DNA of 63,833 nucleotides, counting the filler, from Craspedostauros australis (taxonomy: Eukaryota): NCBI GenBank assembly GCA_030167865.1. It is 8 parts of 8 records of this genome, joined end to end, with 100 filler letters (N's around TTAATTAATTAA, not from the genome) between each part and the next. Parts side by side here need not be neighbours in the genome. Positions count along the whole stretch, not along the records: positions 29,215 to 40,906 come from JALAGF010002404.1; positions 41,007 to 51,105 come from JALAGF010002405.1; 6 more parts are not named here. One strand, written 5' to 3'. The notes under the pieces were generated by a model. The model did not search any database and was not told the DNA's origin. It worked only from the letters and a program-made list of their open reading frames with translations. A program made the translations under genes and the position numbers. Positions 32,881-42,881 of this stretch are shown here, in pieces; within the stretch, counting starts at the first letter, position 1; each line of letters opens with the position of its first letter.

Positions 32881-35800
32881 ATGGCACAGGCCAAAAGCGG
32901 AGCGCCGATGAAAATGACGAAGAAGATGGAATCAACGTACGACAAGTTCGCGACAGCGATGAACCAAGCCTCCTCAGTGAAGAGAGGCGGCGCTGGGAAT
33001 GGCAGCGGCAATGGCAATGGGAATGCGGGAGCTGCCTCCAACAGCGCCAACAGCGCCAACAGCGCCAACGGCATCCACGAAGAACGCGTGGAGGTCAATC
33101 AGCGTGCGCTGATCGACAAGATCCTGGCACGTTACGCAACAGCTGGTGCAGTGTACCGCGAGCTTCTGCAGAATTCCAATGACGCGAACTCGACTGCTGC
33201 GGAAATCTACTTCACGACTGAAGATCACGATGACAGCAGCAGCAGCGACGCCGGTGGCAGCACCTCCAACCGCAAGGGTACTGTGACCTCCGTTACTTAC
33301 CGCAACAACGGCATGCCGTTCCGCCCGCAGGATTGGTCTCGGCTCAAGAAGATCGCCGAAGGAAATCCCGACGAAAGCAAGATCGGAGCCTTTGGCGTTG
33401 GCGCGTACAGCATCTTCTCCATCTGCGAGCAACCGATCGTGATCAGCGGCACGCAGGCGTTAGCGTTCATATGGAAGGGCGATGCGCTGTGGACGAGAAC
33501 GATGAATCGGGATCAGGTCGAGAAGACTTCGACATCGGACGATACGCCGCTTGACACGACCTGGACCTCATTCCTCATGCCATCGAGAGACCCCTACCCC
33601 TTGCCAAGCCTGAAGGACTTTGGTGGGTTTCTTTGCTCTTCGCTTACCTTCACCAAATCACTGAAGGAAATCACAGTTTACGTCAACAATCAGTGCCGAT
33701 TGCATATTCGGAAGACGATGGTGGAATCGCCACGGCCTGTCCTTATCCCCAAGTCTGCACACACATCGGCATCGTCCGCCTCGTCGTCCAAGAGCGCATC
33801 GGGTTCCACGGAATCGTCATCCCTCACGTCCTCCTCCGTTCTTTCCAGCATCTGGACTTTGGCAAAGTCCACCGCTGTTGTCACGGGGAGGAAATCAACA
33901 ACCGTCATGAAGAGCCACCCCAACGGTCTATTCTCGTTGAAGGCAGACCCAGCGACGACGGTGCCGGCATCGGCACAAAACGGGGCGCACGGCTCCGCAG
34001 CAGCCGTTTCCCACGAAGCAATGGCCGCGAGTTCTTTCCTGGAGAGCAAGTTTCATTTTCAGGTCACGTTGGAAGGACAGTCAGCATCCATGCTTGTCCG
34101 CTACATCGTCGCAATCGTGTCAACGCACATCCCCGCGCAGCTCGAGCATCGCATGGAACGTGTCACGAAGAAAAAGCCACCAGCCAAGCTGCAGATACAA
34201 ATGGTCTTCAACGGCCAACAGAGCGATGTCGCAACCGATGGCGGGAAGCCACGCAAGAAATTCGGAGCACGTCGTGGCAACAAGGCCGAGCAAATCGTCC
34301 ATTCCGTATCACCACCGATCGGCGCTGGGCGGATCTTCATTGGATTCAAGACCTCCCAGACAACCGGCCTCGCAGCTCACCTAGCTGCTCCTTTCGTCCC
34401 TACCGTGGAAAGAGAGGCGATGGACCTCCAGGACCCGGCACTGCGACAGTTCAATCTGGAACTCTTGGAGCTGAGCGGCCGCTGCATGCGATTGGTCTTG
34501 GAACACGGGATGCTCATGGTGGGCGCAGAGTACGTGGCTAACAGCGCAAAGCGAAAGCGATGGCAAGAGCAATACCTCCTTGATCTCGAGCAAAAGAGGA
34601 AGCAGTCAGCGACAGCCAAAAACCATCAGACGAAGAACAAGCCGCCGAATGCCGATGGCGGCAGCAACGGCGATGGGCACTCAAACAGCGACGATGGCGA
34701 TGACGATGACGATGATGGTGGCGACGATTCCAGCATCGTGTCATCCACGTCATCGTCCTCCATGTGGGGCTTTGCGAGGTTCATGGCGAAGGGAGTCACG
34801 AAGCGAATCACCAAGGTGCTCAATACTGTCGAAGAGATCGTTGACAACGCCACGAAGAACGAAGCCACGGAATTGCTGCACCCGCATGACCCGTTCCCAC
34901 TCTGCATGGAGGAGCAAGAGGCCGTCACGTTGATGCAGGCCTTCCTTCCACAACCATCGACGCCTGATCCCACCGTGGGCACAACTCTCGCCCAGGGCTT
35001 CGTGCGGTGCTTGCCCAATCAAGCACCGCCAGTCTTGACGCAGGCGGGTGGAGTTGTTCCAGGCACCGTTGGCAAGTTGCCGAATTATGGAATGGAAGTG
35101 TTTTGCTCATCGGATATGGTTGTGCGTAGCATCGTCTTTGAGAGCGCACAGGACTACCACTCTGTCATCGCACAGTGCAAGCCGGTGACGTTACCAGCGG
35201 TCCAAACCCATCTCTCATCCATCGTCCTCCCACGTGATCAGTTCGTCCGATTCTGCAAGTGGTGGGTGGCGTACAGCCGGTTGAACTCGAGCACGCATGG
35301 AGAAACGCAGCAGTACGGATATCAGTTCAAGGAGAGCATGAGATTCAGGCTGGACAACGAAGACACAAGTCCCGCCGAAGCCGTGGTACACAAGCTCTCC
35401 GATTACTTGTTCTATTGGGATCCAAACCTCATTCGTCAGGCCGATTCCAAGGAAGCAACCAAGGACGACCTTCCCATGCCGGACGCCATGCTCCCGAAGA
35501 CCTTGCAGGACGACATCACAGTGAGACTGCTATCCGATGAAGCCCTGTCGTCGTGGCTTGCCGAACCTTTGCCGATAGTCATATGGATCGAATACGTCTC
35601 TCATCATCCCTCCATGACATCGGGACAGGCAGCATACGGCAGAATCCGAGATCAAATCCTTTCCACCATCCATCAGGAGTACATGAGACGACGAACACCC
35701 AAGGAACAACGCTACTTCGCAGAGTTCTGCGCCAAGCTACTGCAGGAGAAACGATGTCTACCATTTGACGCAAACTCAAAGACAGCAGCACCACAGCCCA

Positions 35801-38800
35801 CCACGGCCATCGTCGCGGACCGCCCTATTGATCTCTACCTCCCATCTGCGGAACTCAAGGCCTTCTCCGAGATCGATGGCGACCATTTCCGGAAGGTGGC
35901 GGCTCGGTACTTTGCAAAGGGCATCCTTTCCGAACAATTCTGTATCGCGCTCGGTGTTCGCGAGTCCGTTTCCATCGACTTCTTGTTTACCAACCTGGAA
36001 ACACTGCAATGGAGCACCAATCCAAAGCCACTCGTGGAGTACCTGCGCTCCGCTGTGTACTCCAAGCAAGATCTGACGAAGTTGCAAACCAGCTCCTACC
36101 TACCTTGCGAAAACGACGCGAGCCGGATGTTTGCACCCCATGAGCTGTACATACCAAAGAACAAGCAATACCGCCACCTGGCAGAAACAGGCATCATCCG
36201 TCTGCTGCAGTGGCCAGACGAAGAATTGACCGACAGCTCTGTGAATGGGAAATTTCTGGTTCAAGAGCTTGGTGTCCAAGATGTCCCTCCGTTGTTGGAC
36301 GTCTTACATTGCGTGTCGAACATAATCAAGGACGACAAAGCAAAAATTTCCTGCCTTGATTTCGTAGCTGGCGAGCTGAAGCAGTATTCCGGCACCTACG
36401 CGACCATGTACAGCAAACGATTGACTAAGCAGCAGCGAGCGTCGCTGAAGATCATGCCTTGCGTCGTGGATAACCCGATCGAGCAAAAGCGTGAGGAAGG
36501 CGTCTTCTACTCACCCATCCATTGCTGTGCGTCGCAGCAATGCGGTGTCATGGGTTTCCCTATCCTCGACGAAGCTTTGTTGGGCAAGGACCGTTTGTCT
36601 CTCTTTGCCAACCGCTTTGAAATAGTGCAAGATCCGTCGCCCACGGCTTGCATCCAGCAATTCCAAAACCTCACGAACAAGGCCAAAGCGCAGCTGAGCG
36701 ACAAGCCGTTGGACGAAGCGCTGCAGCAACACCTCATTCAAACATTCGACAAGCTCTTTGCATACCTCTCCTCCAGGTGTTCGGACATGAACGCATCCAT
36801 GCTGTCGCCGCTGCGAAAGCGAGCCTTCATCCCAGTGCTAGAAAAGAACGCGACGACAAGCAAGATCATCTGGTACAGCAGTGAGCAAGTGTTCTTCCAC
36901 AACTCCTCCGCATCAGAGCACTCCAACGACAAGCATAACTTCCACGAAGCACTCTTCCCCATGATCAGCTTCAGCCCGTTCTTGGCGGCGGCCGGTGTTA
37001 GGCACGAGGCGTCCGCCAAAGACTTGCTACGGCTGGTGCTGGATTCACCCCAGAAGGTATTGAGAATGGGCGAAGACAAGTACAAGCTTGTGCTCCGACG
37101 CATCGCTGCGGATCCTCCATTCTCCCGCGTCACACAGGAGATGCGGCAGACTCCATTCCTGCTTGCTTACACCATGGACCGCGCCAACGAGCCTACGCCT
37201 GGCGAAGAAAAGAAAGACAAGGCCGGCGAGGAAGCGCCAGGACAAGCCACCCAATTCCAGCTGGCCAAAGCGGAGGACATTTACATTGTGGACAATTCCT
37301 TCTTCGGTAGGATGTTCCCCGTCAAGCAGGCACCCCATGAATCTGATCTGGAAGAGTTTTACACTACGATCGGATCGAAGCACATTTCCAAGGAGGTGAA
37401 GAAACGCTTCGACGTTGTTGGCGAAAGTCCTCTCGACAAGACCAAGCTAATCCTCACTCTCAAGAAATGCCTTCGCGAGCGCAGCCCTTTGCTTGTCTCA
37501 ACGAGCATCACGTCAAGACCATTGGTAGACAAGGCGGCTGCAATCCTGGACACCGACAAAAACCTACGAATCTGCGAGGCCAAGGAGCTCAAGGTCATTT
37601 TCTCGTTGGGAAAATCCGTGCGAATGAAACCAACCACATGCTGCGCGTTGCCAGTGAAGGGGATTGGCAACCGAAACAAGAACGTGCTGTACATCACAAA
37701 AGACTTCGACTGGTTCGATGTGGGATATGCGATCGGTGAACTGATACTAAAACGTTGCCAACTGGAAGATGCCTTCTTCATCAGCTCCCTGCTGGATGCG
37801 CCGCTCGAGCAGCTGCGCGCCAGAGGATTTCCGGTGGACAGAATCATTCAACCAAAGCCGGCTCCCATCGAGAAGAAGGCGCAAGCAGTCACCCCCATCG
37901 CTCTTCCGTCCATGAAGGACAAACCTTCGCGTTCGAGCGATCCGCATGAACCGACATCCGAGTCAGCGAGAGCCCCATTGCGTGGCAAAGGGACGATGGC
38001 CCAGCTTCCACCGGAAGCGCCACCAGGCGCTACTCCGCACCAAAGCAACGTTGCATCGGGAGGACAAGACGCAGCCACGTCCAAAACCTCGAACTCAACC
38101 TCAACCTCAACTCCTGCCCCCATCAAACACAACAAGAGCGACAAAGCAGACGACGGAGAGCAGCAGCCAATGGGCCAGGATGAACACGTGAGAGTTCTGA
38201 AACAGATGTTCCCCGACGCAGACGAGGACTATCTGAGAAAGCGGTTGGGCCCCAATCCCACTCTTGATGACCTCCGTGTGATTGCTGAGATCATGGCAAC
38301 CGAAGGATACCCACGTGAGGACCAGACCAAGAAACATCGCAAGAACGACGTTGACGACAGCAGCTCAGTAAAGTCGTCTGACAGCAGAAGCAAAGTCTTC
38401 GGCTCGAAGCGGCTCGCGCGTGCATTTGGAGGACTTCGGAACAGCACGCTGGGAAAGGCAGCTGAGAATGCCGGTTCGTTGACATCTGGGTCTGTGGGGA
38501 ATCGGGCGAAGACGCCGAACGCAACGACCGCGGGCGGGATGGCAGCCCCTGCCACAGGCAATGCCGCCGGAGACCCGACCGCCCATTCCACACCACAGCG
38601 AGACGCTTCCCTTCAAACCAATATGGAGAGGATGCTGGAACGCACCGCCGGTCAATCCAACGCAGTGAATCGAGCAGGGATCAAGTCTCCGGATACACAG
38701 ATCGCCGTTCCAGAAGGACTCGATCGCGGCAACGCTTGCGAGGTGATCTCCGGAAAGAACTTGAAGCCGTTCGTCACCTCGAACCCAAATGGCCGAGCAC

Positions 38801-39204
38801 GCAACAATATCCAGGTGTTTTCGGCGCGCCAGCACCAATCGTCCGAGGCCTTTCTCCGAAACAACCCGGAGGTCATCGAGAGTTTCGCCGTCGTGATTGG
38901 GCGTCTATGCGAGGTGTACGGCATCAAAATGGCAGCCGCAGCTATCTTCCACGACCCAACTGGTGGGACGATTGCATTCAACTCCAACCGAGCACTTCAC
39001 TTTAACATTCGCTTCTACCATGCATTGCATTACTTGCAAGACCAACACCAGAGCCAAGCATGTTACTCGTACTGGTACGTGGTCTTTGCGCACGAGTTGG
39101 CCCATCACATCGTGTCTGCCCACAACAAGGAGCACGGATTTTACACGGAGAGCTACGCGGCGCATTTTTTGCCCAAACTTGCGGCTGTTTTTGCCACCCT
39201 ATAA
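32881..39204 (+). CDS. 2107-aa protein: sacsin/HSP90-like GHKL ATPase module, DUF3684-like middle, CUE-like motif and C-terminal HExxH zincin-like domain
   Basis: VEVNQRALIDKILARY...RELLQNSNDA (N-box), RNNGMPF (G1), IGAFGVGAYSIFS (G2), VLKQMFPDADEDYL, VFAHELAHHIVSAHNKEH. Intronless ORF. Confidence 0.88.
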   Translation: MAQAKSGAPMKMTKKMESTYDKFATAMNQASSVKRGGAGNGSGNGNGNAGAASNSANSANSANGIHEERVEVNQRALIDKILARYATAGAVYRELLQNSNDANSTAAEIYFTTEDHDDSSSSDAGGSTSNRKGTVTSVTYRNNGMPFRPQDWSRLKKIAEGNPDESKIGAFGVGAYSIFSICEQPIVISGTQALAFIWKGDALWTRTMNRDQVEKTSTSDDTPLDTTWTSFLMPSRDPYPLPSLKDFGGFLCSSLTFTKSLKEITVYVNNQCRLHIRKTMVESPRPVLIPKSAHTSASSASSSKSASGSTESSSLTSSSVLSSIWTLAKSTAVVTGRKSTTVMKSHPNGLFSLKADPATTVPASAQNGAHGSAAAVSHEAMAASSFLESKFHFQVTLEGQSASMLVRYIVAIVSTHIPAQLEHRMERVTKKKPPAKLQIQMVFNGQQSDVATDGGKPRKKFGARRGNKAEQIVHSVSPPIGAGRIFIGFKTSQTTGLAAHLAAPFVPTVEREAMDLQDPALRQFNLELLELSGRCMRLVLEHGMLMVGAEYVANSAKRKRWQEQYLLDLEQKRKQSATAKNHQTKNKPPNADGGSNGDGHSNSDDGDDDDDDGGDDSSIVSSTSSSSMWGFARFMAKGVTKRITKVLNTVEEIVDNATKNEATELLHPHDPFPLCMEEQEAVTLMQAFLPQPSTPDPTVGTTLAQGFVRCLPNQAPPVLTQAGGVVPGTVGKLPNYGMEVFCSSDMVVRSIVFESAQDYHSVIAQCKPVTLPAVQTHLSSIVLPRDQFVRFCKWWVAYSRLNSSTHGETQQYGYQFKESMRFRLDNEDTSPAEAVVHKLSDYLFYWDPNLIRQADSKEATKDDLPMPDAMLPKTLQDDITVRLLSDEALSSWLAEPLPIVIWIEYVSHHPSMTSGQAAYGRIRDQILSTIHQEYMRRRTPKEQRYFAEFCAKLLQEKRCLPFDANSKTAAPQPTTAIVADRPIDLYLPSAELKAFSEIDGDHFRKVAARYFAKGILSEQFCIALGVRESVSIDFLFTNLETLQWSTNPKPLVEYLRSAVYSKQDLTKLQTSSYLPCENDASRMFAPHELYIPKNKQYRHLAETGIIRLLQWPDEELTDSSVNGKFLVQELGVQDVPPLLDVLHCVSNIIKDDKAKISCLDFVAGELKQYSGTYATMYSKRLTKQQRASLKIMPCVVDNPIEQKREEGVFYSPIHCCASQQCGVMGFPILDEALLGKDRLSLFANRFEIVQDPSPTACIQQFQNLTNKAKAQLSDKPLDEALQQHLIQTFDKLFAYLSSRCSDMNASMLSPLRKRAFIPVLEKNATTSKIIWYSSEQVFFHNSSASEHSNDKHNFHEALFPMISFSPFLAAAGVRHEASAKDLLRLVLDSPQKVLRMGEDKYKLVLRRIAADPPFSRVTQEMRQTPFLLAYTMDRANEPTPGEEKKDKAGEEAPGQATQFQLAKAEDIYIVDNSFFGRMFPVKQAPHESDLEEFYTTIGSKHISKEVKKRFDVVGESPLDKTKLILTLKKCLRERSPLLVSTSITSRPLVDKAAAILDTDKNLRICEAKELKVIFSLGKSVRMKPTTCCALPVKGIGNRNKNVLYITKDFDWFDVGYAIGELILKRCQLEDAFFISSLLDAPLEQLRARGFPVDRIIQPKPAPIEKKAQAVTPIALPSMKDKPSRSSDPHEPTSESARAPLRGKGTMAQLPPEAPPGATPHQSNVASGGQDAATSKTSNSTSTSTPAPIKHNKSDKADDGEQQPMGQDEHVRVLKQMFPDADEDYLRKRLGPNPTLDDLRVIAEIMATEGYPREDQTKKHRKNDVDDSSSVKSSDSRSKVFGSKRLARAFGGLRNSTLGKAAENAGSLTSGSVGNRAKTPNATTAGGMAAPATGNAAGDPTAHSTPQRDASLQTNMERMLERTAGQSNAVNRAGIKSPDTQIAVPEGLDRGNACEVISGKNLKPFVTSNPNGRARNNIQVFSARQHQSSEAFLRNNPEVIESFAVVIGRLCEVYGIKMAAAAIFHDPTGGTIAFNSNRALHFNIRFYHALHYLQDQHQSQACYSYWYVVFAHELAHHIVSAHNKEHGFYTESYAAHFLPKLAAVFATL

Positions 39205-40136
39205 CCTTTTGCGAAAACATCATACGCTTTGGAAAGAACGCTCGTTGAGGCTAACGGTGAGAACTGCATAGAAGCTTCAGCATGCTCACGCACACCAAGT
39301 GCAACATGCGATGCCAGCTGTTACCTACACGTGTTCGAAGGAAGAATTTATAGGATCACTAGTCTGGTCTTGTACACACGTAAACATGGTGCTGCCACTA
39401 CTAGCACACCCACGCCCACAAACGAATGCAATCACGCCGGCGAGCCCCAAAATGATCGAGTACGAGTTGAGAGTATTGATAGGCAGGAACCCAGACGTTT
39501 AATGTGCCTTTGGTTCACAAACCGATTTCAACTCCACGGGAACTGTCACCATTCAATGTTTTGCGCATTAGGCTGGAAAGGGAGTGGGTCGACCGGAACG
39601 AAGTTGGGGGTGCGCGCGATTCGCTGACTCTCTTCAGATGTGGCGGTCGTCTCTATCCTCATCGATGATGGTGCTTCCGGGGGTAGTTTTACAGTTTGCT
39701 CGGCATGAACATCTCGTGCTCGACTCACGTCGAGGGATGACACAAGCAGAATGCCGACACTCCATCTTGTCTAATCCTGTCAGACTGGAACGAAGCACGG
39801 AAGCCAAGCGCATCAATTGGCACACCTTGTGAAATAATCCAGGCATGATCACTGGAACAACACTGTCCGCACTCGAGGACGAGATCAGAGTACCAGCGAT
39901 ACCGAAAAAGAGTGTCTCATACTTAATATATACTTAATGAAACTATTATATTACAGCAGCTATCGATTCAAAATTGATTTGCCTTGGTCTTGACAATTCT
40001 GGAACACGATGGAAGTTGAAGCCCAATGAAACACAAATAAGAGTGGGCGATGGTGGAGCGTTGCTCTGTACTACGGGTGGGCCCGTGTGCTGTTGCTGCA
40101 TACGTATGTCTCGATCGTTCTTCTAAACAATCATTC

Positions 40137-40904
40137 TCATACGCAACAGTTTGCTGCGTATTCAGCGGGCGTGTTCGAGGCACGGCAAGCCGGCGAATCG
40201 ACGTATGTGCCAGAACAACATCCACATGCTTCGCGGGTAGTGAGTCCCGATGAGGCAAACTTGCATCTTTGCCTGCTGGTGCTGACGGTACAGACCAGTT
40301 GCCTGCTTTCTGAACTGATGTCAGCCCCACAGGGAAGGCCGCAACTCGATGGTGACATTTCTGGTGAAAGTGTGAAGGCATCAAGTTGTGAAGGGGCAGA
40401 GGACGGGCGATTTGATGGGTCTTCGGATATCTCAGGTACGAGGGTCGGCAAGCTTGACGGAGTAGTTGATGTAACACCCGAAGGCGTCACGCTTGGTGCT
40501 TGAGTCTGGGTGGGATGGGCGGACTCTTCAGCTGTTGGACGTTGTGATGGTGCTGTGGACGGTGCTGCTGATGCAGCCGATGGTTCACTGCTTGGTGCTT
40601 GAGTCTGGGTGGGATGGGCGGACTCCTCAGCTGTCGGACGTTGTGATGGTACTGTGGATGGTATTACCGATGCAGCCGATGGTTCACTGCTTGGTGCTTG
40701 AGTCTGGGTGGGATGGGCGGACGCTTCAGCTGATGGACGTTGTGATGGTGATGTGGATGGTGCTGCCGATGTAGCCGATGGCTTGGCGCTTGGTGCTTGA
40801 GTCTGGGTGGGATGGGCGGACTCTTCAGCCGATGGACTTTGTGATGGCGCAGAGGATGGTGCTGCCGATGCAGCCGATGGCTTGGCGCTTGGTGCTTGAG
40901 TCTG
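40137..40904 (-). CDS. 3' part of a mucin-like P/S/T/A-rich repeat protein with a Cys-rich C-terminus; 5' end lost in the gap
   Basis: Frame open from the gap with 33-aa repeats QTQAPSAKPSAASAAPSSAPSQSPSAEESAHPT, ending SCGLPCG...CGCCSG...ANCCV. Confidence 0.75.
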   Translation of the reverse strand, partial: QTQAPSAKPSAASAAPSSAPSQSPSAEESAHPTQTQAPSAKPSATSAAPSTSPSQRPSAEASAHPTQTQAPSSEPSAASVIPSTVPSQRPTAEESAHPTQTQAPSSEPSAASAAPSTAPSQRPTAEESAHPTQTQAPSVTPSGVTSTTPSSLPTLVPEISEDPSNRPSSAPSQLDAFTLSPEMSPSSCGLPCGADISSESRQLVCTVSTSRQRCKFASSGLTTREACGCCSGTYVDSPACRASNTPAEYAANCCV

Positions 40905-40906
40905 GG
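40491..40906. repeat. 99-bp tandem repeat (more than 4 copies, coding)
   Basis: GGTGCTTGAGTCTGGG recurs at 40495, 40594, 40693, 40792 and 40891. Confidence 0.95.
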
Positions 40907-41559
40907 NNNNNNNNNNNNNNNNNNNNNNNNNNNNNNNNNNNNNNNNNNNNTTAATTAATTAANNNNNNNNNNNNNNNNNNNNNNNNNNNNNNNNNNNNNN
41001 NNNNNNTTCCCCTTTTGACCTGCCAAAGTCCGACACTGGAAGGCAAAGCCGGACACAACCGGACTTCATTTGCCCTCTATTCTCGCTGGTAATAACGTTA
41101 ATATATTCTTAAACATGTTTATCAAACCTCTCTTGTTAACAAGTATAAGCTAACACAGGTAATTTGCACAATGCCGCTACTTTCAAAAACGGCACAAAAA
41201 GCCCAAACGCCACCCAGCGATCCCAGCCATGGTGTCTTTGGACGCTTGAGCCGATCTCGATGAACTGTCATGTGAACTCTTCGCCGTTTGTGCTCACTCA
41301 TACATACCGCTATTGATTCGTTGATTCATTCATCCACCCATTGATCCTGACACACACTGCCTTCGTATAATAGCATTTGGATATTGCAGAAGTAGCCACC
41401 ATACGGATGGCAGCAGAGGCAACACTTTAGCAGCAGACGAACAAGCAGAGAATACGTATTATATGTTAGTACGAGTCAGAGAGGAAACAGTACCATACGA
41501 GAACGAGAACGAGTACACCGTCAACGTCAACGCAACCAAATAACCAAGCAATCGAGACG

Positions 41560-42372
41560 ATGGCGTCCCCGCGCGAAGTCGACTTCGTGCTGCCGAAATC
41601 GCAGGCCGAATGCCGCGTTTGCAACATGAGGTCGACGCTGGGCGTCGTGATCACACATCCTTGGGGCGTTCTAGGAGGTGATATGAATAACACGATCGTC
41701 ATGGCGCTCACCATGTGGTTCCAACAGCGCCTGGGAATCACGACCCTGCGCCTTGACTTTCAAGGTTCGCAGATCGGCCGTGGACATGGACAGGTCGAGC
41801 AGGTCATGGAGGCGGCGTCGTTCCTGCTGGATGGCAAGCATCTGGAAACCACCACATCCGCCAACGACGAGGACAAGAGGTTGCGGTACATACTGCTGGT
41901 CGGATATTCCTACGGTTCCGTCATCTGCGGTTCGGCGAGCGCCCACATTCCCAGCTGCATCGGTGTCATCTCCATTGCGCCGCCCTTCGGTGTGCGTCAC
42001 TGGTTGTACTGTTTCAATGGCAATTTCCATCTCGAACAGGCCAAACGCAAGATCTATCTCAAACGCTTCTACATCCTCGGTTCCAACGACAACTTCACAT
42101 CCGAAAAGGTCTTCACGGACATATTACAGGACTTTCCCAACGAATCCACCACGGGAGCGATCCTCAAGGGCGCCGACCACTTTTATCATGAGCGCAAGAA
42201 GGATCTGCTGGAGATCATCCGGCAGTGGCTCCTCACGGCCTATCCGCAATGCAACGGCGAGCTGCAACACCTGGCCAACTGCAGCTTCGTCCTCTCCTTG
42301 GACTCCGCCATGGACGATTCCGCAGCGAAGAGCAACCCCAATTGCGCATGCGACATCTTTGTTCCCGAATGA
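41560..42372 (+). CDS. Alpha/beta hydrolase fold protein
   Basis: HPWGVLGGDMNN, nucleophile elbow GYSYG, GSNDNF (Asp) and GADHF (His). The start codon is uncertain. Confidence 0.85.
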   Translation: MASPREVDFVLPKSQAECRVCNMRSTLGVVITHPWGVLGGDMNNTIVMALTMWFQQRLGITTLRLDFQGSQIGRGHGQVEQVMEAASFLLDGKHLETTTSANDEDKRLRYILLVGYSYGSVICGSASAHIPSCIGVISIAPPFGVRHWLYCFNGNFHLEQAKRKIYLKRFYILGSNDNFTSEKVFTDILQDFPNESTTGAILKGADHFYHERKKDLLEIIRQWLLTAYPQCNGELQHLANCSFVLSLDSAMDDSAAKSNPNCACDIFVPE

Positions 42373-42881
42373 ATGGAGATGTGGTGGTGCGTGCGATGGA
42401 TGAATGGATGGATGGCTGGCTGGCTGAGCTCAAAGAACGTGACTGGATGAGGATCAGGATAAGACTGGCGCGTGCTGGTACAGAGCTCTGTGAGCATAAA
42501 TCGAATGTACTCTACTGCATGGAATGAAAGATCAATAGATACGTGTGACACATACTCTCTACTCCAGTGTACTTGACTACAAACGAGCATGCTCTACGAG
42601 TCTTGTCCATTCTTCTCCTCTCTGACCACCATTAACATCAGAGTACTGTGGTACATCGAAGGGAAGCCATCGATGAACGAACTAATCCTTGCATGCTAGA
42701 GCATGGCAAACTCTAGGAAGAACAAGAAGTGAATCGGATTCGCAGCGATGGAGGCTACGTTTGCTCGGAGTTACGCTTGAGTACTTGGGGCCATTCACAG
42801 GAACGGCGTGGCACATAGTGCACATTCCGTAGTAGCACGCTCTCCTACAAATACCGTATGCCTTCAACGGCAAGCGCGCTG

